DNA of 64,000 nt from a virus. The position numbers and the translations under genes were made by a program. Shown piece by piece: positions 1 through 9,564 of the stretch. Location of the stretch: IMG/VR virus record IMGVR_UViG_3300027963_000048, positions 32,001 through 96,000 of that record; one strand, 5' to 3'. Numbering within the stretch: position 1 is the first letter of the stretch; the number at the start of each line of letters is the position of its first letter. The notes beneath the pieces are model-generated. The model ran no database searches. It saw only the letters and a list, made by a program, of their open reading frames with translations, and was not told the DNA's origin.

Positions 1-93
1 CGGTATAAATATTATCATAGCCGTCCTTGTAAGATAGATTCCCGGAATTTTGCCACCAAGCCATGTGTCACCTTAAATCTATTTTAGGTATCT

Positions 94-3000
94 TTGGAGA
101 AGCAGATGGTTCAGTCCGCATGTAGTATAGATCTTAGGGCTACCATCATTAAAATTGATCGTAACCAGCCGCAACTGCATTTATTGCCTACTAACAATGA
201 TCGCACATGCTATCAGCCTTTCTCTTATCCGGTTGTGATAAGTTGTCCGAGGGCGATCTCAGATGGCTATATAACGAACCGTGGTCCGATAGATTCATTC
301 AAGATATCCCTATATGGTGATGATGCAGCTCTGTTAAGGTCTGAGAACGCTTACATACCTTCATATCCGTTAGTAGAATTTGAGATTGGTGGCGTTGAGC
401 TCTTAGCCGATTACGCAATTAATTTAGCGAATGGCTCTTTTTGTTCCATCGAAGGCTTAACATTTTTTCAGTTTACCGCTAGATCTGGTCATCTCGTAAG
501 GATGGAATACTATCAGGATATGATTGTCTATGATATCTCTAATCACTTTATTGACACGAGATCACTACCGAACGGCCACTATAGGGCGGCTTACACTGCG
601 ACTTTTAATCTTAGGCTTTTGACTGAGGGGCTTCTCAATGAGTTTTATTGCATCAGCGATGTCGCTTCAGGCAAGAGCGAATTACAGCTCAATTTAAACC
701 ACCCTGGTGATCTGCTCAGTTTCTTCCAACGAGGCACTCCGGCGTTCATTTTCACTGGCGCTCATCCAGCAGATGAACCTACATTACAGTTTTACAGGCC
801 ATTCACTGACATATTTCAGGATATTTATGACGAACAGAGATTGATACCACAAATAAATTACGTTTACAATAGCACTAACGAGACATTCCCTTATCTAAGT
901 TATATCTTGGGCTGGGCAGCCCCATATTTTCCAGCTAACGATACTGCGGGGATTCGTAAGGCTCTGCTGCGTAGAACCGTAGAATTGCAAGGAATCCGCG
1001 GTAGTCTTAATTCGATAACTTATCTTTTCGAGATATTGGGATATGATATTAAATTAGAGAAACTATGGGCGACACCAGATGGTAAACAGTTCATAGCTCC
1101 AAATGATTATTATAACGGAGTGCAATATTTAACATCTTCATATGTCGGGTATACAGACATTTTGATAAATGACTGGACTCCTGAGAATAGTCTACTAAAT
1201 GATTCGATAAAAGCAATAGGCCAACAAGGCTTCTATTCTTTCACTGCACCTCTTCGCAAAAACCTCAGCAATGGCCCATCGGCCTTAAGAAACGATTTAC
1301 CGTCTTCGTACAGAGGTGCAACGGTACAGGTCATTGGAGTAATAGAAGGATCAGCGGCGCAAGAATATCTCAAAGCTTTAGCTTTAGACGTAATACATGA
1401 GGTACCACCTGCTTACTACGAAACTGCATATATTATCGACGAAAATGGAAATCTTATCACTGAGCCAGGTATTATTGATCCGAGAGTTGATTGCCTGGCG
1501 GCTACACCTTGGTTCACTGGCAAAGCAGGATTCGTCGCTCAGACGTACGCTAACGTGATAGATTCGCCGATTCCGGTTCTAATTACGAATGGCGTCGAAT
1601 CTCAACATTTCGTATCGGGCGACCAAAATCAAGTGATTTTATGTCAACCATACCAATTTAAGCGGGGAGATGAATTTGGCCAATCTAATGGCCTAACGCT
1701 TGATCTTACCAATAACCGAATCAAGATAAACATTAATATCCCTCTATACAACAACACAAACGCTGATTATACGATAAAAAATCTGCGGCTTTACGTGTTT
1801 GCAACCTACTGGACTCAGGACCTGGTAGTCAAAGACTCATTAGTTAAAAACCTGTTCAGCAACAGGGCCACTATCGAAATTATTGACAAGGTCAGTGGTG
1901 ATCCCATCAACCCAAAAACGATCTTGTTTGCCTTGGAGTACCTGCAGAACGTCCAATCAGCCCACAGCATCATTAACCTGGTCAGATACAGGCTCGATAT
2001 CTCCGAGAGCTACCTCGTAGCAGATATGAGCATTGGTGGGGACTTCCCTCAGAAACACACGGTCGACTTTGGTAAATGGCAGGTGCCAGAAGGGCGACAG
2101 AGAATCCTTACTCCACAAACTGGTAAATGTGCTTACGACGACCCCGTCAATTACGGTTACACTGAAGCAGATATCAGGTACCGCAAACGCTTAATCGATA
2201 ATTTATTAAATGAATTAAACGCGTATCGGAGTTATAACTCTACCACTGGTAGTGGCATTTATGTGGTATATGGTGATGCTAATGATGGATCTTATAGACC
2301 GGCTTATTTTACAGCTTTGTTAGGAGACTGCCCATATAACGAGAGAGGTCAGACTATAGCACTAAATGGGCGGGCTGATGAAACCGACTACAACGACAGC
2401 TTCATAGCACGATCTCCATGTGGCGGGTACTGGGAACGCCCAGACTTAGTGTATTACAGTCCGACTAAAGCAGCTGGTAATTGGGACTATAATCAGATTA
2501 TCTCTCCAGAGCCTGCTATAATCACGACCTACGGTGGCGATAATAGTATGTTTGGTGCCTTCAGTCTTCAGGCTACCACGTCGCCAGCGACATTATGTGA
2601 AATTCCTACTACTGGAGATTATTTTTATCTTGGTAGGTCTACCGACCATATGCTACTTCAGCCAACGTGTTTATCAGACGAGCTGATCACTTTAAACTTT
2701 GGCGCAGTGTTTGGGACTGGCTGTTACGCTACCTATCCTCTTGGAATCAGGACCATTCGGCCTGGAGTTTTGGATCCTTGCTACGGTAGTCAGAGCGATC
2801 GTCAGGTGAACACGACTCCGTTAAAAGTGCAAGAACCAGGTCAGTCTTTTTTAGGTAACCTTGCTAGGAGTTATGCAGTCCAGATCAGGGAGTTCGACCC
2901 GCAGACAAGAAAGACTACTGAAAGGGCATTGCGTCCACAAGAATTACTGTTCACTGATGATTTCGATCCGAATAAGCCACTAGAATCTTTCATAGCTTAT

Positions 3001-3744
3001 CGGAAGCCCAGTTTAAATATCGTAAATCCCATTTTCCATCTGCCGGGATGCAGATTTCCAAATATGCGTAATCTAAAGTCCACCTTCACTAGTCCGACAT
3101 ATAGATTTAGGCCTTGGGACGGTTCATTGTGTAGTGCAGCAAGTTACAATACTCCTTATACAATCATCGGCAACGGAATTCCGGCGGACATTGACACGCT
3201 GGAAAATTTACCAGGGGAAGATATAGAATTATCTGGCATTGTACATACAATTTTTGACCAAGCACCAAGCCGTTCCTATGTTTCTTTCGATTGCCTAAGT
3301 GAACTTGGTACAGATAATGTCATTAATGTAAGTCCGGCGCTATTCACTTCTGCTGAGTTTTTGAATACCGAAATATTAGATGTCGCGGCCGGTAATCCAA
3401 GCGAGCGAGGTTATTTCACTTACAGTTACTTTGAAGATCCAGCGAGAGTAGAAGCGTTTGAACTTCTTGGTGTCCCGTCTGGTAGTACGGGACCATTTAC
3501 CATGGCGTTTAGACTCAGTAGCGGCATTTTAAGTGGCATGGGTTACAGGCTTGATCTAAATGGGGTTAAGGTAGTTGACGGTCAAGTCACCTTCACGGTA
3601 CCTGATGGCATTTATAAAAATGGTATTATAGATCCAAGCTATGATAGTTGTTTGATATCTAGCGTCTTAAAATCAGATGAGGATTTTGGAGCCGGTGGAA
3701 TTAAATTAGACGGTTACATTACTACGTTGATGGAAGTTGCTTAA
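94..3744 (+). CDS. Large phage baseplate/tail protein containing a P2 gpI-like (phage tail protein I) domain
   Basis: Segment FPYLSYILGW...IRKALLRRTVELQGIRGSLNSITYLFEILGYDIKLEKLW resembles the gpI baseplate wedge motif; 1216 aa; likely start ATG at 106 after GGAG. Confidence 0.65.
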   Translation: MEKQMVQSACSIDLRATIIKIDRNQPQLHLLPTNNDRTCYQPFSYPVVISCPRAISDGYITNRGPIDSFKISLYGDDAALLRSENAYIPSYPLVEFEIGGVELLADYAINLANGSFCSIEGLTFFQFTARSGHLVRMEYYQDMIVYDISNHFIDTRSLPNGHYRAAYTATFNLRLLTEGLLNEFYCISDVASGKSELQLNLNHPGDLLSFFQRGTPAFIFTGAHPADEPTLQFYRPFTDIFQDIYDEQRLIPQINYVYNSTNETFPYLSYILGWAAPYFPANDTAGIRKALLRRTVELQGIRGSLNSITYLFEILGYDIKLEKLWATPDGKQFIAPNDYYNGVQYLTSSYVGYTDILINDWTPENSLLNDSIKAIGQQGFYSFTAPLRKNLSNGPSALRNDLPSSYRGATVQVIGVIEGSAAQEYLKALALDVIHEVPPAYYETAYIIDENGNLITEPGIIDPRVDCLAATPWFTGKAGFVAQTYANVIDSPIPVLITNGVESQHFVSGDQNQVILCQPYQFKRGDEFGQSNGLTLDLTNNRIKININIPLYNNTNADYTIKNLRLYVFATYWTQDLVVKDSLVKNLFSNRATIEIIDKVSGDPINPKTILFALEYLQNVQSAHSIINLVRYRLDISESYLVADMSIGGDFPQKHTVDFGKWQVPEGRQRILTPQTGKCAYDDPVNYGYTEADIRYRKRLIDNLLNELNAYRSYNSTTGSGIYVVYGDANDGSYRPAYFTALLGDCPYNERGQTIALNGRADETDYNDSFIARSPCGGYWERPDLVYYSPTKAAGNWDYNQIISPEPAIITTYGGDNSMFGAFSLQATTSPATLCEIPTTGDYFYLGRSTDHMLLQPTCLSDELITLNFGAVFGTGCYATYPLGIRTIRPGVLDPCYGSQSDRQVNTTPLKVQEPGQSFLGNLARSYAVQIREFDPQTRKTTERALRPQELLFTDDFDPNKPLESFIAYRKPSLNIVNPIFHLPGCRFPNMRNLKSTFTSPTYRFRPWDGSLCSAASYNTPYTIIGNGIPADIDTLENLPGEDIELSGIVHTIFDQAPSRSYVSFDCLSELGTDNVINVSPALFTSAEFLNTEILDVAAGNPSERGYFTYSYFEDPARVEAFELLGVPSGSTGPFTMAFRLSSGILSGMGYRLDLNGVKVVDGQVTFTVPDGIYKNGIIDPSYDSCLISSVLKSDEDFGAGGIKLDGYITTLMEVA

Positions 3745-4396
3745 CTTGATCGCTGATCGGTAAATGGTACAGTGCTGACAGCTTATATGCATTAGCCTTG
3801 TTCTGTCTTACGAATTCCGTATGTGGCATGTCATAATCATGGTGCAGATGTAACACTGGAGCATTAGACGGTAAGAATCTAATGCCGTTACGTTGCATAT
3901 CTAGGAATGTAGCTACGTCTCCATAACCATATCCTTGAAAATAATTCGCTGATTTACTCTTGGCCCAGTCTTCGACGTACATTAAAGTTGTGCCGCTTGT
4001 AGGCACTTTGGAGCTGTTCACTTCTTTGTATACATTTATTAATTTTTCGTGCTTGGCGGTCGAGAGGTCAGTTTGAAAATCAACATGTGGCCGCCCGGTG
4101 TAGTACAGATATCGTGGATATAGTGCAGTGCCAGGTGGTATGATTGTTATAAATTTTTCGTGGATTAATCGGTCACAATCTAACATGCAAACAAGGCCTG
4201 AATGGTTAATGAGAGTGTCTAATAGCAGCTGGCGGCTGTATTTTTCTATATTGACTCTGGTAAATGGTTCGTCAACTGGTGCTGGGCAATTGTGGCAGAT
4301 ATAGTGTATATCTCCTTTATAGAACGATCTGAGATGGTTGTATTGGATTTGTGCTAACGTTTTTCTGCTTTGATGAAAAATGATTATGATTTTCAC
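3722..4396 (-). CDS. Glycosyltransferase (GT2/GT7-like, galactosyltransferase C-terminal type)
   Basis: DxD motif MLDCDRL, FQGYGYGD, VLHLHH; start moved to GTG 4396, which overlaps the upstream stop (GTGA). Confidence 0.65.
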   Translation of the reverse strand: MKIIIIFHQSRKTLAQIQYNHLRSFYKGDIHYICHNCPAPVDEPFTRVNIEKYSRQLLLDTLINHSGLVCMLDCDRLIHEKFITIIPPGTALYPRYLYYTGRPHVDFQTDLSTAKHEKLINVYKEVNSSKVPTSGTTLMYVEDWAKSKSANYFQGYGYGDVATFLDMQRNGIRFLPSNAPVLHLHHDYDMPHTEFVRQNKANAYKLSALYHLPISDQVKQLPST

Positions 4397-5133
4397 GTGC
4401 GCTTCCGCATTATGATGAAGTCGTGGCCGGTGACAGCTGACGGTCCGTTGACCCACTGGCCATATTTGATGGGTTCGATTATTCTTAGGTTTTGCTGTGT
4501 GATAGCTGCACGGATGTCACTTTCGGCGTAGGCTAGATTTTTATAACTACACGCAGCATCGATGTGATATTCAAGATTTTTAACGTGATTAAACTGGTAA
4601 GCGTGCTGCAGATTTGGCTTTTCTTTTGCGTAATAGCGGCTTAGTAAAAACCATGTCGATAGCACAATGCCGTCGTTTGCAAGAAGACGATCCATTTCCT
4701 TGAGGTACACGTTGATCCAGTCGAAAGGCTGATGATTAAATAATGCGAAGCATAAAATTAACGTCTGTGAACCATCTGGCAGGGGTATGCTAAATTCGTT
4801 AGATTTTATGCCCCCAGTGGGGTTAAATGCCGGATTCTCGGCATCGATATGGATGGTTCTGAATTGCTCGCCGTGGGTCTTTTTCAGTATATCCAAGTAT
4901 GCATCGTTACAATCAATGCCCACATATTGTGAAGGGACGATGTGGTTTTTTAGCTCAAAGAGGATCCTGCCAGTTCCACAACCAAGATCTAGTATCTGCT
5001 TACCAGGTCGAAGGTTTCCAAATTGCTTGATCAGGCCTGTCAATGCTTTAGATACTTCGATGTTAGTGATGGAATGCGGATTGAGCCCTCCATAAGGATG
5101 TTTGTCGTTCTCGTGGAACAAGGTAGGAAACAT
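4393..5133 (-). CDS. Class I SAM-dependent methyltransferase
   Basis: ILDLGCGTGR motif I, YVGID, ALFNH, YLKEMDRLLANDG; AGGAG RBS. Confidence 0.85.
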   Translation of the reverse strand: MFPTLFHENDKHPYGGLNPHSITNIEVSKALTGLIKQFGNLRPGKQILDLGCGTGRILFELKNHIVPSQYVGIDCNDAYLDILKKTHGEQFRTIHIDAENPAFNPTGGIKSNEFSIPLPDGSQTLILCFALFNHQPFDWINVYLKEMDRLLANDGIVLSTWFLLSRYYAKEKPNLQHAYQFNHVKNLEYHIDAACSYKNLAYAESDIRAAITQQNLRIIEPIKYGQWVNGPSAVTGHDFIIMRKRT

Positions 5134-5175
5134 TTGTGATCACTCCTTTAGATATATATCTGAAAGGAGACTGAT

Positions 5176-5430
5176 ATGAACAAGGATCAGAATGCGGCGG
5201 CTAACATTTGGTTAAATCTCAATAATAAGCTACATGCGCTTCTTGCGATGGACAAAGTCCGAACTCGTGAACAGAATTTAGTGTTAAGCAAGCAACTGGA
5301 GCAGATGCCTTATCAGGCTCGTATTGAATTCATTGAACAGCATTATGGTAAAAATTACTTAAATAAAGCTGTGCCAATTCTAGCGCAAATGAATTCAATA
5401 GAGCAGGCGTTACATGAAAAAACGGATTGA
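5176..5430 (+). CDS. Hypothetical protein
   Basis: 84 aa ORF with AAGGAG RBS. Confidence 0.6.
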   Translation: MNKDQNAAANIWLNLNNKLHALLAMDKVRTREQNLVLSKQLEQMPYQARIEFIEQHYGKNYLNKAVPILAQMNSIEQALHEKTD

Positions 5431-6304
5431 CACACACCGTCATCTAGGCGGTAGCGTCCCGGAATCGTTTTTTGATGCTATCGATCTCAAGCGGCTGTTC
5501 CACGATGAGTACCGGTACGGCGTTGATGCTAAATGCACATTTGATTATTTCTTTAGTCGATTTAACTGCTTAGACCTGATTAATTGGACTGAGGAAAAGG
5601 TCGAACTGCTCTTGGATCACGTGACTGAGCGAATTAATGCCGAAGGCTACAGGACCATTTTAAGTTTCAGCGTCGATAAGTATTTGGCGGTTTACCATAA
5701 TTATACAGACGCTGTTTTTCATATTGCAGATTCTATACTAGATAAATCACAGAATATTAAACTGCTCCTTGGTGTTAAGTATGAGTCTGTGGAGAGAGAT
5801 TATACCAAGCTAATACGGGCTTTAAGTTCATCGAGAGTCACCGATGTCATCAGTGGAATCGATTTCATCAGCGACGAACGAAGACTTCAAAAGCCTTTAG
5901 TCGTTGACTTGCTCAAAGCCATGAAAGGGAAGTATCGTAGAGCTCATGTGGCAGAAAGGCAGCCAAATATAGTCGGCATTCAATTACTAAAAGATGGCTT
6001 GATTGACGGATTGGCGCACGGTATTTATTTAAATCAATTTAAAGAATTCTATCAACTGGTTGAGGATAATGGTATTTTCATCGATATGGCCATTACTAGT
6101 AACCTAGCTACCGGCACCATCTCCGATGTCTCACAACATCCTGTCCACGACTTTATGAAACACAAGTGCCGACTTACCTTAGGCACAGATGACCCTGAGA
6201 TCTTTGGGACTAACTTGGATACAGAGTATGGTTACATCGAATGTTATGACTGGCATGATAGGATTATAACGAATAGTGCTACTTTATGGAGCCAGTACAG
6301 TTAA
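5414..6304 (+). CDS. add: Adenosine/AMP deaminase family protein
   Basis: Metal-binding HRHLGGS, HVAE (HAGE-like), LAHG, TSN and LGTDDP motifs. Confidence 0.8.
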   Translation: MKKRIDTHRHLGGSVPESFFDAIDLKRLFHDEYRYGVDAKCTFDYFFSRFNCLDLINWTEEKVELLLDHVTERINAEGYRTILSFSVDKYLAVYHNYTDAVFHIADSILDKSQNIKLLLGVKYESVERDYTKLIRALSSSRVTDVISGIDFISDERRLQKPLVVDLLKAMKGKYRRAHVAERQPNIVGIQLLKDGLIDGLAHGIYLNQFKEFYQLVEDNGIFIDMAITSNLATGTISDVSQHPVHDFMKHKCRLTLGTDDPEIFGTNLDTEYGYIECYDWHDRIITNSATLWSQYS

Positions 6305-6327
6305 ATATACAGTAATAGGAGATAGTA

Positions 6328-7044
6328 ATGGCTACATTTCGTAAAAAGCTGGACCGCGTTGTTTCATCTCAGGCTAGGATTTTGTCTGAGAGCTACGAAT
6401 TCACGCTGCCTGTTATCAACCATGCGGCTAGCTTCGCTTCAGCCATTGAGCTACAATCTACGCTGGTCGAAGGGGCCTTGCTCAATATTACCAGATTCGG
6501 CAGCCAAGCATTATCTGTGCCTTCTGGTCAGTATTTGATTTGGACCAGCGATAAGGATAACACACAATTGATTAGGTCGGAGGATATCAGTAGGTATCCT
6601 GAGGCTTTCGATCGGCCTGCCGACACGTTCGAGATCCGGACCAAGGACCTCATTAATAATTATCATAGCGTAGAAAAAGTGTTGGCTGAAGGCGACGATT
6701 CAGGTGAGGATTATACTAGCAAGACTAGGAAAGCCGATCGCACAGCGCTGCATGCTGCTAAACAGAACAGTGGCATGTCAGAGGAAGAACTAGGCGATGC
6801 TTGCGGGGTCCATCGATCTACCATAAGCCGACTGATGCGCAGACCACGCGAGACTAAGGGATCTGCAGATCCGGGTGGTCGTAATCCTAGCATCCAGGTA
6901 GCAGCTAAGCTCGCAAGCGTACTTCAGACAGGAGTGGAAAGCTTGTTTCCTGATCTGCTAACCCGCAAGCCCAAGACCAGAGGAGCTAACCGAAAAAGCG
7001 GCAAGACCAAGGGTCTAGGTAAAAAGAAGCGTAATAGCAAATAA
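6328..7044 (+). CDS. XRE-family HTH DNA-binding protein with N-terminal extension and basic tail
   Basis: GMSEEELGDACGVHRSTISRL...RNPSIQVAAKLASVLQTGVESLF; N-terminal ILSE/LVE/LAE motifs. Confidence 0.75.
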   Translation: MATFRKKLDRVVSSQARILSESYEFTLPVINHAASFASAIELQSTLVEGALLNITRFGSQALSVPSGQYLIWTSDKDNTQLIRSEDISRYPEAFDRPADTFEIRTKDLINNYHSVEKVLAEGDDSGEDYTSKTRKADRTALHAAKQNSGMSEEELGDACGVHRSTISRLMRRPRETKGSADPGGRNPSIQVAAKLASVLQTGVESLFPDLLTRKPKTRGANRKSGKTKGLGKKKRNSK

Positions 7045-7940
7045 TGGCCGCATTAGAATACCCAAGATGGAAATTCAGGTACGCTAGGTATAAGACAGAT
7101 CCTAGGCCAGATATTCTATTGCTTGGTAGTTATAAGAATCCTGGGACTGGTAACACTTTAGTCGGCGGCGTTAATCTTAATTATTGCACAGATAAAGAGA
7201 TAAATCAAATTCGATCCGCCTTAGATAAATTCGCAGCCGGTAAGTCGCTCTATCAGCGATATCACATCGGTAGGCAATTGTTCCCTAGCGTTTTCACTAA
7301 CAAATACAGAACATATAAAGCTAGCGAGATTAAGGGGTTAGAGAAAGATGTAATTTATCCCACGATGGGTGTTTTGCAACGTATTGGGCAATTCGCAAAA
7401 TCACTGTTTAACAAGGCACTCGGTCGCACGCCTAGAAAACAAGAGATAGAAGATTTAGATAACATCGATCCTGAATCATATCAGGAGATGAAGAAAACAG
7501 TGCAGACACCGCAAGAATTCGATGATAAATTAGACGTAGCGATCAAAGATATCGACTCCGATTCTCAGGTACCGGTCCCTGAAGTAGAAAAGGCTCAAGA
7601 AGAGCAGCAAGCTGCTACTGACGCACGCTTAACCAGCCAAATGTCGATGCAGCAAGAGACACCACCTGAAGCAGATGAACTGTCGAAGCCGGACACCGAA
7701 CTGGACGTGATGCAAGCGCCCGAGACAGTAGAATTGGCGGAACCGACACCAGAATTACAGGATCCTGTGCCATTTGAAGAACCCGAAGAAATTGAAGCAA
7801 CAGATACGCCTGAGCAAGATCTTGATGAAGTTAGCGAGGAGAAACCGGTACAGCCGGTAATAAATCAAAAGATCGATCAAGCATTGGCGCGTACCGGCAA
7901 TAAGCCAGGCGAAAAGGATCTTGGCATGCCTGGTGCCTGA
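7044..7940 (+). CDS. T4 gp2-like DNA end protector domain with acidic C-terminal tail
   Basis: YKTDPRPDILLL...GGVNLNY...YRTYK resembles gp2-family motifs (D..P.v....G.NlhY...r.Y). Confidence 0.45.
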   Translation: MAALEYPRWKFRYARYKTDPRPDILLLGSYKNPGTGNTLVGGVNLNYCTDKEINQIRSALDKFAAGKSLYQRYHIGRQLFPSVFTNKYRTYKASEIKGLEKDVIYPTMGVLQRIGQFAKSLFNKALGRTPRKQEIEDLDNIDPESYQEMKKTVQTPQEFDDKLDVAIKDIDSDSQVPVPEVEKAQEEQQAATDARLTSQMSMQQETPPEADELSKPDTELDVMQAPETVELAEPTPELQDPVPFEEPEEIEATDTPEQDLDEVSEEKPVQPVINQKIDQALARTGNKPGEKDLGMPGA

Positions 7941-8740
7941 ACCTGTTGAGCCTCCGCAAGCAACTCGGCCATTTTCTCTTGCGTGATTTTCGTCTTGAAA
8001 TGATCTAACACATCATCGTAAGGTAGCCCCAATTCGATACGGCCGACGATATAATTAAATATTCTGTCTTCTAGTACTAAGCGAAATGGAATGCCTTTTG
8101 GTCTGTTAAAGCGATGTAGCCATTTCAGAAATGGTAAACAGATGTTTTTACCGCCTTTCTGTCTCGTTTTCTCTTGGATATAACCCTCTTCACCGCCAAA
8201 TCCTCGAAAATTGTAGTTAAAGCCGGGCCAAGATTTAGTTCGCATCAGGAGCAAACCACAACCTTGCATAGGTATTTCGAATGGATCGCCGCTAGCGTGC
8301 TGCGGGTTTGTGCCCCAAGTACCGAACATATCACCTGACCAAACGGGATCGAAATGGGTACTTACGTTGATCATATCATCGTAGACGAGAGGACCTTGGT
8401 ACAGATCATTCGAATTCCAATTATCAAGCAGGAACTTGGATAGTTTCTTTATAGAATCTGAAGGGAGAAGCACATGACAATCGATGCACATGGTAAATGG
8501 CGTGGTACTATGCTCGAAGACCTTCTGCTTTCCATATGCTGGCCCGATCCCATGTGGCTCGTGGTAATAGGCGGCTTGAGCTGATGTACACAGGTCTCGT
8601 AAGGCATGCTGTCCGCTAGGTTGGGTGTCGATCACGATGATTTTGAAGGCATTGCCGTGATACATCCTAAGCGCTTGTACAGTGAAATAAGCGCCATCGT
8701 AATCATCATAAACTGGCAAGCCTATTGTTAGCACGTCCAT
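7877..8740 (-). CDS. Glycosyltransferase family 2
   Basis: LTIGLPVYDD, IVID, CIDCHV, FRGFGGEE, WLHRF. Confidence 0.8.
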   Translation of the reverse strand: MDVLTIGLPVYDDYDGAYFTVQALRMYHGNAFKIIVIDTQPSGQHALRDLCTSAQAAYYHEPHGIGPAYGKQKVFEHSTTPFTMCIDCHVLLPSDSIKKLSKFLLDNWNSNDLYQGPLVYDDMINVSTHFDPVWSGDMFGTWGTNPQHASGDPFEIPMQGCGLLLMRTKSWPGFNYNFRGFGGEEGYIQEKTRQKGGKNICLPFLKWLHRFNRPKGIPFRLVLEDRIFNYIVGRIELGLPYDDVLDHFKTKITQEKMAELLAEAQQVQAPGMPRSFSPGLLPVRANA

Positions 8741-8770
8741 ATTTTATCGTACGTTCGCTAGGCTCGATGG

Positions 8771-9187
8771 TTACAATACACCTTGCCTTTTAGCTATCTT
8801 CGCTAAAACCGTCAGAAACTGTGGCATTATTTCTATAACATCTGGGTTTGCATCAAGCCATTCTTGCCCCAACTGAGTAGCTAAGGCTTCAACAGATGTG
8901 ATATTGCGCAGAATGTTATTGGTCTTTATCGTAGATAATTCAGTAGCGTTGCCTTTTATCCAGAAGCTTTCTGAGCTGAAATTCGATCCATCATCAGATA
9001 GGATGTTGCACCCGAGTAGGAACCATTGGTCGTAGGTTGCACCAGGCACAGGTGGGACCACCGTAGGGTCGGTCGCTGGAACTTCTGGAAATACTGGCTC
9101 AGGGATGCTTGGAGCAATCGTGGTGGTGGTGACATCAGGTGTTACAGGCGCTTCCGTGGTAGTCGTTGTGATATCTGGATCAGGCAT
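8771..9187 (-). CDS. Hypothetical protein with Thr/Pro-rich N-terminus
   Basis: AAGGAG RBS; TTTTT/P-rich low-complexity N-terminus. Confidence 0.6.
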   Translation of the reverse strand: MPDPDITTTTTEAPVTPDVTTTTIAPSIPEPVFPEVPATDPTVVPPVPGATYDQWFLLGCNILSDDGSNFSSESFWIKGNATELSTIKTNNILRNITSVEALATQLGQEWLDANPDVIEIMPQFLTVLAKIAKRQGVL

Positions 9188-9282
9188 CGCATCTCTCCTT
9201 AAGTGTTAAGGTATCTTCACTAGGCATCAATCAATTATCTATCTTTTAATTAAAAGATACTTTTATTGAACGTCTGATTAAG

Positions 9283-9564
9283 ATGGAGCCGACCATGTCT
9301 ACACCAATGCAAGCATTGCAGACTATCTTGGAAGAACTAGACACGCAAGAATTGTTTCTATCTGATTTCGAAGATACATTGGGCGAGGTAGTAGATAATC
9401 TTATAAAGTCTGCAGCAGCTGCTACACCGGAAGTCAAGTCTACTATAGAAGCCGTGATTAACTCACTTGAACAAATGGCAAGTCCGGAACATGATGTGAA
9501 AGACACGCTGTTACAGCTAAGTGACATTTTTAGGAAATGTGCAATCGATGCGTCCGCCAGTTAA
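9283..9564 (+). CDS. Hypothetical acidic helical protein
   Basis: 93 aa ORF, likely start ATG 9295 after GGAG. Confidence 0.55.
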   Translation: MEPTMSTPMQALQTILEELDTQELFLSDFEDTLGEVVDNLIKSAAAATPEVKSTIEAVINSLEQMASPEHDVKDTLLQLSDIFRKCAIDASAS

